Shown here piece after piece: positions 39,889 through 47,965 of a stretch of 64,000 bases of DNA; position 1 is the first letter of the stretch; each line of letters begins with the position of its first letter. The position numbers and the translations under genes are program-made. Source of the stretch: an uncultured Christensenella sp. (GTDB lineage Bacteria > Bacillota > Clostridia > Christensenellales > UBA1242). The notes under the pieces are model-generated. The model had not been told where the DNA came from and searched no databases. It saw only the letters and a list, made by a program, of their open reading frames with translations. The stretch is from contig CAZOFH010000003.1 in NCBI GenBank assembly GCA_964579205.1, positions 18,975 through 82,974 of the forward strand. The letters run 5' to 3'.

Positions 39889-41388
39889 ATGAAATTCAAA
39901 ACAAGTATCGGCGACGGGGCATTTTTGGGGCTGATGGTGTTTTGCCTTTTGACGCTCGCTATGTACATTTATTGGGTCGTGAGCGCTGTGTGGTGGCCTG
40001 CGGTTGCGTTGTCTGCCGTGTTGATTGTGGTGATTGTGCCGATTTATTTTGGTACAAAATATGTCCTCACTCGCGATAGGCTGAATATTTATTGTGGCGT
40101 TTTCTGTCGTACGGTGCCATACAGGAATATTATTTCGGTCACCGATGCAAACTGCATTACACCAGCATACGCGATGAGTCACAAGAGGATTTGTTTGCGC
40201 TATCTCGATGGCGATAATATCAAGGTGACTTATATCAGCCCGACCAATCGCGACGCATTCCGTGACGCGCTCAATACTGCTATGCAAAAGTCGATTGCTA
40301 CGCTAAAATCACAGGGCGACACCAACAACATCGAGGCTATTGAGGCTGTGGAGGCTATCAAGGTGCGCTTGGCTCAAGAGCACGAAATCTCACGTGCAGA
40401 GGAGCGCGCTTTGGCGCAGCAAGAGGATGAGCAGAAAAACAAGGCAAAAGAGGATTTGGCTCGCGAAATCAAAAAATTGGACGCTATTATCGACGGAAAT
40501 CTCGCTCCTGAGAGCGTCGTTTTGTCGCAGGAGCAAGAGAATATTATTGCTAGTCGTCGTGCTGCTGAAAGGAAACTTTTGGCGAAAGTCCGCAAATTAA
40601 AACACAAAAAGGACAAAGCTGAGGCAAAGCAATTACTCATCCAAAAGCAAGAGGAAGAATTCGCGCGTGAGTTCGATGCTCGCGAGACTGCTCGGGCTGC
40701 GCAAAAGGCTGCCAAAGAGGAAAAACCCAAATTGACCGCTGACCAAAAATTCGCCGAAAATGAGAGAAAAAAGGCGGAAAAATTCAAACAAAAAGAAGAA
40801 AAACGCAAGCAAAAAGCGGAAAAACAGGCTTTGGCGAAACAACAGGAGGACTTTGAGAACGAGAGTGTTTCGATTGAGCCGCAAGAGGAAAAGCAAAAGC
40901 CTCAAATCGAAAAAATCAAGTCAAAGAATAAGGACAAAATCAACACTGCCAAGCCGAAAAAACAAAAGAATAAACCTGCCACCCCAATATCCCAAGGTGC
41001 TAACGAGGCGAGCACGGAGGAGCAGCAGGCAGTAGAGAAAGATGCTGTGGACGCAAAGGCAAAAAAGAGTGCCGAGGCTGAGGCAAAGAAACTCCAAAAA
41101 GAGCAGCGTGTCAATGATAAAAAGGCTGCCAAGGAGCAAAAGGCTACCGCTAGACAAGCAGAAAAAGAGCAAAAAATCAATGACAAGCAGTCGACCAAAG
41201 CGCAGCGCGCTACTGACAAAAAAGCGGAAAAAGAACAGCGTGCGAGCAACAAAAAATTTGAAAAAGAAGTAAAAGCGGAGGCGAAAAAACTCAAAAAAGA
41301 AGCCGCTGCCGAAGCAAAAGCCGAAAAGAAATCTTCTGCTGAGCAACTAGCCAAAAAAGCCGCAAAATCACAGAAAAATGACCAATAG
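39889..41388 (+). CDS. Membrane protein with a bacterial PH-like domain and a long K/E/A/Q-rich tail
   Basis: Two N-terminal TM segments; TKYVLTRDRLNIYCG...PAYAMSHKRICLRY PH-like region; more than 300 aa of charged low-complexity sequence. Confidence 0.7.
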   Translation: MKFKTSIGDGAFLGLMVFCLLTLAMYIYWVVSAVWWPAVALSAVLIVVIVPIYFGTKYVLTRDRLNIYCGVFCRTVPYRNIISVTDANCITPAYAMSHKRICLRYLDGDNIKVTYISPTNRDAFRDALNTAMQKSIATLKSQGDTNNIEAIEAVEAIKVRLAQEHEISRAEERALAQQEDEQKNKAKEDLAREIKKLDAIIDGNLAPESVVLSQEQENIIASRRAAERKLLAKVRKLKHKKDKAEAKQLLIQKQEEEFAREFDARETARAAQKAAKEEKPKLTADQKFAENERKKAEKFKQKEEKRKQKAEKQALAKQQEDFENESVSIEPQEEKQKPQIEKIKSKNKDKINTAKPKKQKNKPATPISQGANEASTEEQQAVEKDAVDAKAKKSAEAEAKKLQKEQRVNDKKAAKEQKATARQAEKEQKINDKQSTKAQRATDKKAEKEQRASNKKFEKEVKAEAKKLKKEAAAEAKAEKKSSAEQLAKKAAKSQKNDQ

Positions 41389-41673
41389 ATGGTCTTTTTC
41401 TTTTCCCTACACTTGCCTTAGCCCTCGATAAAAAACGCCGTTTTACCTTGCTTTGTCGCGTGCAGTCTAACACGATAATTTCGCGCCTGTCTAGGCAAAA
41501 AACAAGGCGTACCTCGCACCCGCCGCACCCTCTTATAATAAATAAGAATAGAGCGCCCGCTTTTACTCACTCGCCACCAACATTTTGTAGTGTCCTCTTG
41601 TCGGATTTTTTACGCAAAAAATTGGCGAAAAATTTAAAAAGAAAAAAATGTGGAAAAATTTTTCTAAAAATAG

Positions 41674-41702
41674 TTGACAAATTCGCAAAAATGTTGCATA
41701 AT
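41674..41702 (+). promoter_or_regulatory. Sigma-A promoter of the RT; predicted +1 near the ATG
   Basis: TTGACA (41674-79), 17 bp spacer, CATAAT (41697-702); ATG at 41709. Confidence 0.7.
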
Positions 41703-41708
41703 TGGGGT

Positions 41709-42863
41709 ATGATAAAAGATAAGTTTGAAGACGTCTTTTCTCTAAAAAATTTGTATGAGGCGCATATTCGGGGTAGGCGGGCGAAACGGAGCAAGCGGCC
41801 GATTGTGGTGTATGAGCAGGGGCTACTCCACAATCTGCAGATTATGCTCGATGAGGTGCTGTCGGGCAAGTACAGGGTCAAAAAATATCACGATTTTGCC
41901 GTTTACGAGCCGAAAAAACGCCAAATACAGACGCTTTTGTATCGCGACAGAATTATTCAGCACGTTTTGTGCGACCACTTGATCGCGCCGTATTTTACCC
42001 AGCGCGCCGTCATTGATAATGGCGTTTGTCAGGTCGGCAAGGGGACGCATTTTACCCTCAATCGCCTAGTCGCCAACGCTCGCAAACTCGTCCTCCGCGA
42101 GGGCACAGCTGATTTGTATGTGCTAAAATGCGATATTTTGAAGTATTTTCCCAGCATTCCGCACGCCCAACTCAAGCGCCAAGTTTTGCATCATATCGAG
42201 GACAAGCGCTTGCGCGATTTTGTGGAAATGGTCATCGATAGTTATCACACTGCGCCGAGATATCTCATCGAGCACGGCATTCCGCTGGTCGAGCCGTGCG
42301 GCCCGCACCCGTACAATCCTAGCCTAGTCACCACGGGGCGAGGATTGCCTATAGGCAATCAGACGAGCCAAGTTTTTGGGATGTTTTACCTCGACCCGCT
42401 AGACAGATTTATCAAGGAGCAGTTGCGCGTCAAATGCTATTCGCGGTATATGGATGACTTTATCCTCATTCATCCAGACAAGCAGTTTTTACGGCAGGCG
42501 TTGGTCAAAATCAAAGAATTTTTGGACACGCTCGGGCTACAACTCAACGAAAAAACGAAGATTTTTCCGCTCAAAACGGGCGTCACATATCTAGGTTTTC
42601 GGCTGTATTTTTACCCGTCGGGCAAGGTTGTGCGACGCGTCGTGCCAAAGACGGTCAAGCGCTTTGTGTCGCGTGCAAAACTGATAAATTACGCATTTGC
42701 GCACGGACTAATCAAGGTGCCACGCGTGCAATCGATGCTGTCCGCTTATCACGGTCATCTCAAGCACGGTAATTGCAGAACTCTGGAATTGCGGCTCTTC
42801 AAACTGATAAAAATCAATGAAATTTATTCTCAACAAAAGGCTATTCAAAATGGAATCAACTGA
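41709..42863 (+). CDS. DGR-type reverse transcriptase (384 aa)
   Basis: YEPKKRQI, RDRIIQH, GKGTH, LKCDILKYFPSI, GLPIGNQTSQ (the DGR-type GxxxSQ motif), RYMDD and YLGF; no maturase or endonuclease extension. Confidence 0.93.
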   Translation: MIKDKFEDVFSLKNLYEAHIRGRRAKRSKRPIVVYEQGLLHNLQIMLDEVLSGKYRVKKYHDFAVYEPKKRQIQTLLYRDRIIQHVLCDHLIAPYFTQRAVIDNGVCQVGKGTHFTLNRLVANARKLVLREGTADLYVLKCDILKYFPSIPHAQLKRQVLHHIEDKRLRDFVEMVIDSYHTAPRYLIEHGIPLVEPCGPHPYNPSLVTTGRGLPIGNQTSQVFGMFYLDPLDRFIKEQLRVKCYSRYMDDFILIHPDKQFLRQALVKIKEFLDTLGLQLNEKTKIFPLKTGVTYLGFRLYFYPSGKVVRRVVPKTVKRFVSRAKLINYAFAHGLIKVPRVQSMLSAYHGHLKHGNCRTLELRLFKLIKINEIYSQQKAIQNGIN

Positions 42864-43362
42864 TGATGAACTCAATTTAGACATTACAAAAGATGCGCTC
42901 AGGGTGGTGGCGCGAAAGCCGTTTGTCTTGGAGAGTATCGACCCAAACAAGGATAAAGAAAAGGAAATGGAGGTTTTTACTGCGGCTAAAAAACTTTCTG
43001 AATATATCTTTGTGGTTACCCAAAATGCGCCGTCAAAATTTCGCTGGTCGATTGTGACGCGCCTGCAAAATACTAGCGTCGAGATTATCGAGGCGCTGTA
43101 TCTCGCGAATTTCGAGCGCGGCAACGAGCGGCTGAAATTTCAAAAAACTGCAGGGACCAAGTTGCGCCTGCTCGACCATTATGCCGAGGTGGGGTACAAA
43201 CTCAAACTTTTTCCGTTCAGACGCCTCGGTGTGATAACTAGGTATATCGTCGTCGTCCGCAACTTGCTAGCGGGCTGGACAAAGAGCACTCAGCGATATG
43301 AAAAATTGGCTGAGGAGAAATCTCGAGCATCTACCCAAGACGACGCGGCGAACGATAATTGA
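42850..43362 (+). CDS. avd: Avd-like accessory variability determinant (four-helix bundle)
   Basis: PSKFRWSIVTRLQNTSVEIIEALYLAN...LRLL...LLAGW resembles the bAvd pattern; basic helical protein overlapping the RT stop codon. Confidence 0.8.
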   Translation: MESTDDELNLDITKDALRVVARKPFVLESIDPNKDKEKEMEVFTAAKKLSEYIFVVTQNAPSKFRWSIVTRLQNTSVEIIEALYLANFERGNERLKFQKTAGTKLRLLDHYAEVGYKLKLFPFRRLGVITRYIVVVRNLLAGWTKSTQRYEKLAEEKSRASTQDDAANDN

Positions 43363-43620
43363 TTTTGCTGTCATTCGGGTGTTAGAGAGAAGTGGCAAAA
43401 ACAAAAAAGGACCCACCATATCGCAGGCAAAAAGGAAAATCTTCTGCATATTCGCCGTCTTGCTGCTAGTGAGTCGAAATTTGCGCCCGAGACTCGCTCG
43501 CTACGTCAGGACTCGGACCCCTTCATCCACCTCCGTGACTTCTGCACAGCAGTCCTTGGATATGCTGAATACTGGTCGTGTTGCCGCAGCGCGATTTTTT
43601 GCGCTATGTTCCGCAGCAAT

Positions 43621-43760
43621 TAGGGGGTGAAGCGAGGGGCGTACCGCTTGGCTATTGTTTACATTATTGTTATTATAAGAGGAACCTGAGGGGTTGAGAT
43701 TTTAGCTATTATTTGCATTATTATTGTTCGCAGAGCGCCCCCACGTGTAAACATAAGCAG
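43621..43760 (-). ncRNA. DGR template repeat (TR)
   Basis: Minus strand reads TGG GGG CGC TCT GCG AAC AAT AAT AAT GCA AAT AAT AGC TAA AAT CTC AAC CCC TCA GGT TCC TCT TAT AAT AAC AAT AAT GTA AAC AAT AGC CAA GCG GTA CGC CCC TCG CTT = WGRSANNNNANNS*NLNPSGSSYNNNNVNNSQAVRPSL; 14 AAY codons, an internal stop and a G/C-rich 3' end. Confidence 0.88.
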
Positions 43761-43841
43761 TCACAAACACAAAGTCCGTAGCCCTAAACGGCCGCTCTCG
43801 CAAAACAAAATACAGTTTTGGGTAGGCGGTCGTTCGCTAAT

Positions 43842-43870
43842 ATTTTATTCCTTTTTGCGTCTCTCGTCAA
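43842..43870 (-). promoter_or_regulatory. Dedicated sigma-A promoter for the TR RNA
   Basis: TTGACG (43870-65), 17 bp spacer, TAAAAT (43847-42) on the minus strand, about 100 nt upstream of the TR core. Confidence 0.72.
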
Positions 43871-44049
43871 CTGCTTTTTGTTACTTTCCGTGGCTCGTAT
43901 GTCAAAATTTTTCGGTTAAATTGGCTTTTGTGTGGGCGTCGGCTCGCTAATATTTTTTTATAATTTTTCGCTACTATCGGATTGCTCAAGAATTGGCAAA
44001 TTTTTTGCGGTCGACTATTAGATAGGTAGCAAGACACAAAAGCGAAACA

Positions 44050-44077
44050 AAAAGAAGACCTTGCGAGGTCTTCTTTT
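44050..44077. terminator. Terminator of glnS
   Basis: aaaagaagacct-tgcg-aggtcttctttt perfect 12-bp stem. Confidence 0.9.
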
Positions 44078-44082
44078 GATAA

Positions 44083-45768
44083 TTATTTGTTAAAAGAATC
44101 CTTGAGTCCGATAGTTTTGTTAAAAACTAGGCGGTCAGCAGTACTGTCCTTGTCGACGCAGTAGTAGCCTTTACGGACGAATTGGAACACGCGCCCCACT
44201 TCAGCACCCAGCACAAAATTTTCTGCCAGCGCCTCCGTTTCGGTGAGCGATTGCGGGTCAAAAATCTCGTCAATCGTCGTGCCGTTAGCCAACGCCTTGG
44301 CTGGCTCGAGGTATTCCATTTTTGTTAAATTGCCGATTTCGCGAATAGTCACGCGAGTAAAATTACCCTCGGCAACAAAGTGAATGGTACCCTTGACCTT
44401 GATGCCGCTGTTGTCGCAGCCGCTGCGAGTCTCAGGCAAGTACTCGCACTCGAGATAGTCGATTTCGCCATTCTCTTTGTACACCACATTGTTGCACTTG
44501 ATGACGTACGCGTTTTTGAGGCGAACCAGCCCGCCCAAGACGAGGCGGTTGTATTTCGCTGGTGGGTTGAGGCTGAAGTCCTCTTTTTCGATATAAACTA
44601 CGCGCCCGAATTGACTCTCGTGAGTGGTTTTCGGCTCGGCGTTCGGATTATTTTCTACCGCAATCGTCTCGTTTGCACCCTCGTAATTTGTGATTACCAC
44701 TTTGAGCGGGTCGAGTACAACCATTGCACGGTCGGCTGTGCGGTTGAGTTCTTCACGAATGTAATAATTTAGGTTTGAGATGGGCAGCACGGTGACCGCT
44801 TTTGTGACTCCGTTGTTCATCACGAAATTTTTGACCGCCGCGGCAGGGATACCCCTTCGCTTCATTCCCACAATCGTGTACAATCTCGGGTCGTCCCAGC
44901 CCATTACTTTGCCACTGTTGACCAGTTGTTTGAGGTAGCGTTTTCCCAAAAGGACATTTTCGATAGCCAATGCCGCGAATTCAATTTGGCGAGGCTTGTA
45001 TTGCAGGTCTGGGAAGCAATTATCCACTATCCAATTATACAGTGGGCGGTGGTCTTCAAAAGAAATGTCGCACATACTGAATGTGATGCCCTCGAGTGCG
45101 TCCTCAATCGGGTGGGCAAAATCATACATCGGATAAATGCACCATTTATCGCCCGTCTTGTAATGCGGTGTGTGCATAATTCGGTAAATAATCGGGTCAC
45201 GCATATTCATATTTGGGCTCGCCATATCGATTTTTAGACGCAGAGTCATACTGCCGTCAGGGTGGATGCCTGCACGCATTTCCTCAAAAAGTCGCAAATT
45301 CTCCTCAATCGGTCTGTCGCGATATGGGCTGTTTTGCCCAGCAGTTTTGAGGTCGCCACGGGTAGCAAAAACCTCGTCCGCCGTCAATTCGCAAGCGAAT
45401 GCCTTGCCCTCTTTTATCAGAGTTTTGGCAATTTCGTAAAACTTCTCAAAATACGCCTCACTCGAATAAATCACATTTTTTGGGGTGTAGCCCAGCCACC
45501 GCAAATCCTCGAGATAACTATCTGCAAAATCGCCGTCTTCCTTTGTAGGATTTGTGTCGTCCATTCTAAGGTTTGTGTAGCCGCCGAATTTTTTTGCCAT
45601 TTCAAAATCCAGTGTCCAAGCCTTGCAGTGTCCAATGTGCCAGTAGCCGCTCGGCTCAGGCGGGCAGCGGGTGATGACCTCGACCTGCTTGCCTGAGCGC
45701 AAATCCTCGATGATTGCCTCCTCGATAAAATTGGTCGGTGTAATATTGTCCAAAATTTCTTTGTTCAT
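44083..45768 (-). CDS. glnS: Glutamine--tRNA ligase
   Basis: PPEPSGYWHIGH, RMDDTNP, NMNMRDPIIYR, WCIYPMYDFAH, GWDDPRL and FQFVRKGYYCVD. Confidence 0.96.
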   Translation of the reverse strand: MNKEILDNITPTNFIEEAIIEDLRSGKQVEVITRCPPEPSGYWHIGHCKAWTLDFEMAKKFGGYTNLRMDDTNPTKEDGDFADSYLEDLRWLGYTPKNVIYSSEAYFEKFYEIAKTLIKEGKAFACELTADEVFATRGDLKTAGQNSPYRDRPIEENLRLFEEMRAGIHPDGSMTLRLKIDMASPNMNMRDPIIYRIMHTPHYKTGDKWCIYPMYDFAHPIEDALEGITFSMCDISFEDHRPLYNWIVDNCFPDLQYKPRQIEFAALAIENVLLGKRYLKQLVNSGKVMGWDDPRLYTIVGMKRRGIPAAAVKNFVMNNGVTKAVTVLPISNLNYYIREELNRTADRAMVVLDPLKVVITNYEGANETIAVENNPNAEPKTTHESQFGRVVYIEKEDFSLNPPAKYNRLVLGGLVRLKNAYVIKCNNVVYKENGEIDYLECEYLPETRSGCDNSGIKVKGTIHFVAEGNFTRVTIREIGNLTKMEYLEPAKALANGTTIDEIFDPQSLTETEALAENFVLGAEVGRVFQFVRKGYYCVDKDSTADRLVFNKTIGLKDSFNK

Positions 45769-46189
45769 TTTTTACTCCTTTTGATTAATGTAGTAATATG
45801 CCTCTGCCGCTCATCGCGCATAATTCCACCGCGTCGCTCGCCGCAAATGTCAGTTCTCGCTTGAGTTGGATGCTTTCGTATCATTTTTTTGTGTCATATT
45901 TACCACATTTATATAACATTTGTAACACTTTTTACAGCGTATACATTACATTTATACAACTTATATTATATAACAAAAATATAAAATTTTCAATAGTTTT
46001 GCCTAGAAAGATTGTTTTATTTGGAGTTTGCCGATTTTAGCGCTATTTTTTTGATTTTTTATTAATTTTTGCTTATTTTTTGGAATTAAATTAATTGCTT
46101 TGATTTTTTTGATTGTAGTTTGATTTTTTAGGTATTTTTTTGCTGTTTGTTTTATTAATTATTTGCTAATATTTTTTGAATTATTTTTG

Positions 46190-46218
46190 TTGACAAAAAA
46201 TCTATGCGAGAATATAAT
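46190..46218 (+). promoter_or_regulatory. Consensus sigma-A promoter
   Basis: TTGACA, 17 bp spacer, TATAAT. Confidence 0.8.
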
Positions 46219-46354
46219 TATTGAGAAGAAAGACGGCGGCGTTTTTTGGTTTTGCCACCCTCTCTCGATTTCCTTGATAATCAAAATTTGTCCTAGATAA
46301 CTGGCGGGACAAGTTTGATTTTATATTTACCCAAAAGGATAATAGGAGGTAAAA

Positions 46355-47074
46355 ATGATGGACAAAAAGACTCTTTTGATGCAAATCGGGTGCGTGATTT
46401 TGTGGCTGGTGGGCATCGTTTATGTGATTTTGGTCAGCCTACTTGTCAGCCCTGTCGCAATGCATATCAATGCGTTCGGCATCGTGGACGGCGTCGGCTC
46501 GGCATTGTGGCTGCTGCCGATGGGGATATTACTCATCGTACTGGCAATAGGGCTATTTATCTATAATTTTGCCAAAAAGGACGGCAAAAATCGCGACATT
46601 CTCAACTGTTATTTGCTGGCTCTCGGCGTGTTTATCGCGATAATCGCGTGGGTGTATTACGCAATCGCTGCGGGCGGCTACAGTTTGGGCGATGAACTGA
46701 ATTTTAGCATCGCAATGGCGATTTTGATACCGCTCGGCGCGCTAATTATCTTGCTCGGCAACCTTGCACCGCGATTGCAGCCCAATTCTTGGCTCGGCTT
46801 TAGGATTGGCAAAAATCTCGACGACCCTGCCGTTTGGCAAAAAACTCAACGAATAGGCGGACTAACAGCAATGATTTGCGGCGCTGTCGTGATTTTGAGC
46901 GCGATAATTTTCGGGCTCTTGGGGCTGGATATTGGGGCAATGGTCGCACTTATCATCTGCCTAATCGCCCTTGTTTGCGTTCCTCTCATCATTATGCGCA
47001 AGGACTTGGTTTTTCGCAAAGACTCACCCGACACTCCATCAGACAAAAATTCCGAAGAGCAAGCAAGCAAGTAA
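46355..47074 (+). CDS. SdpI-family immunity-like membrane protein
   Basis: Multi-TM protein; GNLAPRLQPNSWLGFRI...WQKTQRIGG matches the SdpI pattern. Confidence 0.8.
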   Translation: MMDKKTLLMQIGCVILWLVGIVYVILVSLLVSPVAMHINAFGIVDGVGSALWLLPMGILLIVLAIGLFIYNFAKKDGKNRDILNCYLLALGVFIAIIAWVYYAIAAGGYSLGDELNFSIAMAILIPLGALIILLGNLAPRLQPNSWLGFRIGKNLDDPAVWQKTQRIGGLTAMICGAVVILSAIIFGLLGLDIGAMVALIICLIALVCVPLIIMRKDLVFRKDSPDTPSDKNSEEQASK

Positions 47075-47153
47075 TTTTTTCTGCGTTATTGATACAAACT
47101 AGCAATAATTTTTTTTGCAACTATGTTGTTGAAATGTTGTAAAGGAGAAAATT

Positions 47154-47819
47154 ATGGCAGCCAAAATGATTGCGGTCGCAAAAGACGGTAGTTGTATGTC
47201 GGGAGTGAATATAATCAAGAGGGCGGATATTCGCGGCAAAGTTTTGATGAACTATGTAGAAATCCCCAAAACGGCGGGGCGCATTTCTCAAGGCAGCGTT
47301 GTGTTTTTGGAGGAAAGTGCGGTAAAATTCGTCGATAAGTTTGTTGGTTTTCGAGATGATGGCCCGTGCGTGAGAATGAAAAATCTTGAATTTGCTTTTT
47401 CGCATTTTGTTGATTGCCTCGATGCTGACGCGCGGTCTTATAGTATGGATACGTATCGCCGCGTTGCAGGCAAGCCTTTTTACGACGATAATATTTATTT
47501 TGACGGATATTCGATTTTGGAGGCTTATTCCAAAGTTTTTGCATCGATGAGTGAGGATAAGCAGACCGTTAAAGCAATCAAATCCAAATTGAAAGATATG
47601 CGGATTTTTGAAGAAAACTTGCTCGGTGTCGAGTGGGGCGTGTCGGAATATCGCAATATTCAGTCTTATGTAATGCAAAAATTCGGCAAAAAGAAGAGTG
47701 AAGTGTCTGATTTTGTACATAGCAAGACAGTTGAGTATTTGATGCATTCTGGTGCAGAAGTTTTCGGCTTGGCAAAAGCAAGCCTCAAGGCAAACAACCA
47801 GTGCCAGAATGTGCAATAG
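47154..47819 (+). CDS. Putative orphan immunity protein (paralog of 49176-49880)
   Basis: Alignable to the gene downstream of the toxin; last 46 codons identical at DNA level. Confidence 0.6.
   Translation: MAAKMIAVAKDGSCMSGVNIIKRADIRGKVLMNYVEIPKTAGRISQGSVVFLEESAVKFVDKFVGFRDDGPCVRMKNLEFAFSHFVDCLDADARSYSMDTYRRVAGKPFYDDNIYFDGYSILEAYSKVFASMSEDKQTVKAIKSKLKDMRIFEENLLGVEWGVSEYRNIQSYVMQKFGKKKSEVSDFVHSKTVEYLMHSGAEVFGLAKASLKANNQCQNVQ
47673..47811 (+). repeat. 139-bp perfect direct repeat, copy 1
   Basis: atgcaaaaattcggc...gtgccagaatg, identical to 49698-49836. Confidence 0.95.
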
Positions 47820-47965
47820 AAAAGATAATATGCGACACGCACGGAATAGTGCCGCCATTACCGCAATTTTGTGTATTATTTTGGTAAAATAAATGTTCAA
47901 TCGCTTGACAGTTCACTGCTTTTGTCTGATAATAAAATTAAATTTTTCAGAAGGAGGGAAATTTA

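Larger units (their letters stand above)
41674..43870. mobile_element. Diversity-generating retroelement core (RT, Avd and convergent TR), no local target
   Basis: DGR-type RT, Avd-like ORF and AAY-rich template repeat within 2.2 kb. Confidence 0.88.

Noticed and set aside
41525-41560. Short matches to the TR (tcttataata, gagcgccc) upstream of the RT as a possible VR
   Set aside because: Only 8-11 bp, in inconsistent orientations, not collinear and not in an ORF.
41448-41708. 87-aa N-terminal extension of the RT in the ORF track
   Set aside because: It spans a promoter and low-complexity intergenic DNA; RT homology begins at M88.
41709-42863. RT as a group II intron maturase or retron RT
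   Set aside because: It has GxxxSQ rather than QGxxxSP, no maturase/endonuclease tail, no recognisable intron domain V and no retron VTG motif; an Avd-like gene and a TR are adjacent.
43298-43630. 110-aa + strand ORF after avd, as a possible DGR target or accessory gene
   Set aside because: No RBS or motif; it overlaps avd and is antisense to the predicted TR spacer RNA.
45790-45900. T-box leader upstream of glnS
   Set aside because: Only GGTGGA resembles the T-box; the ACCGCG half, the terminator and stem I motifs were not found.
47121-47900. 259-aa minus-strand ORF and other long antisense ORFs (for example 3886-4563, 39643-40287, 40902-41354)
   Set aside because: They are shadows of well-supported genes on the opposite strand, with no RBS or motifs.
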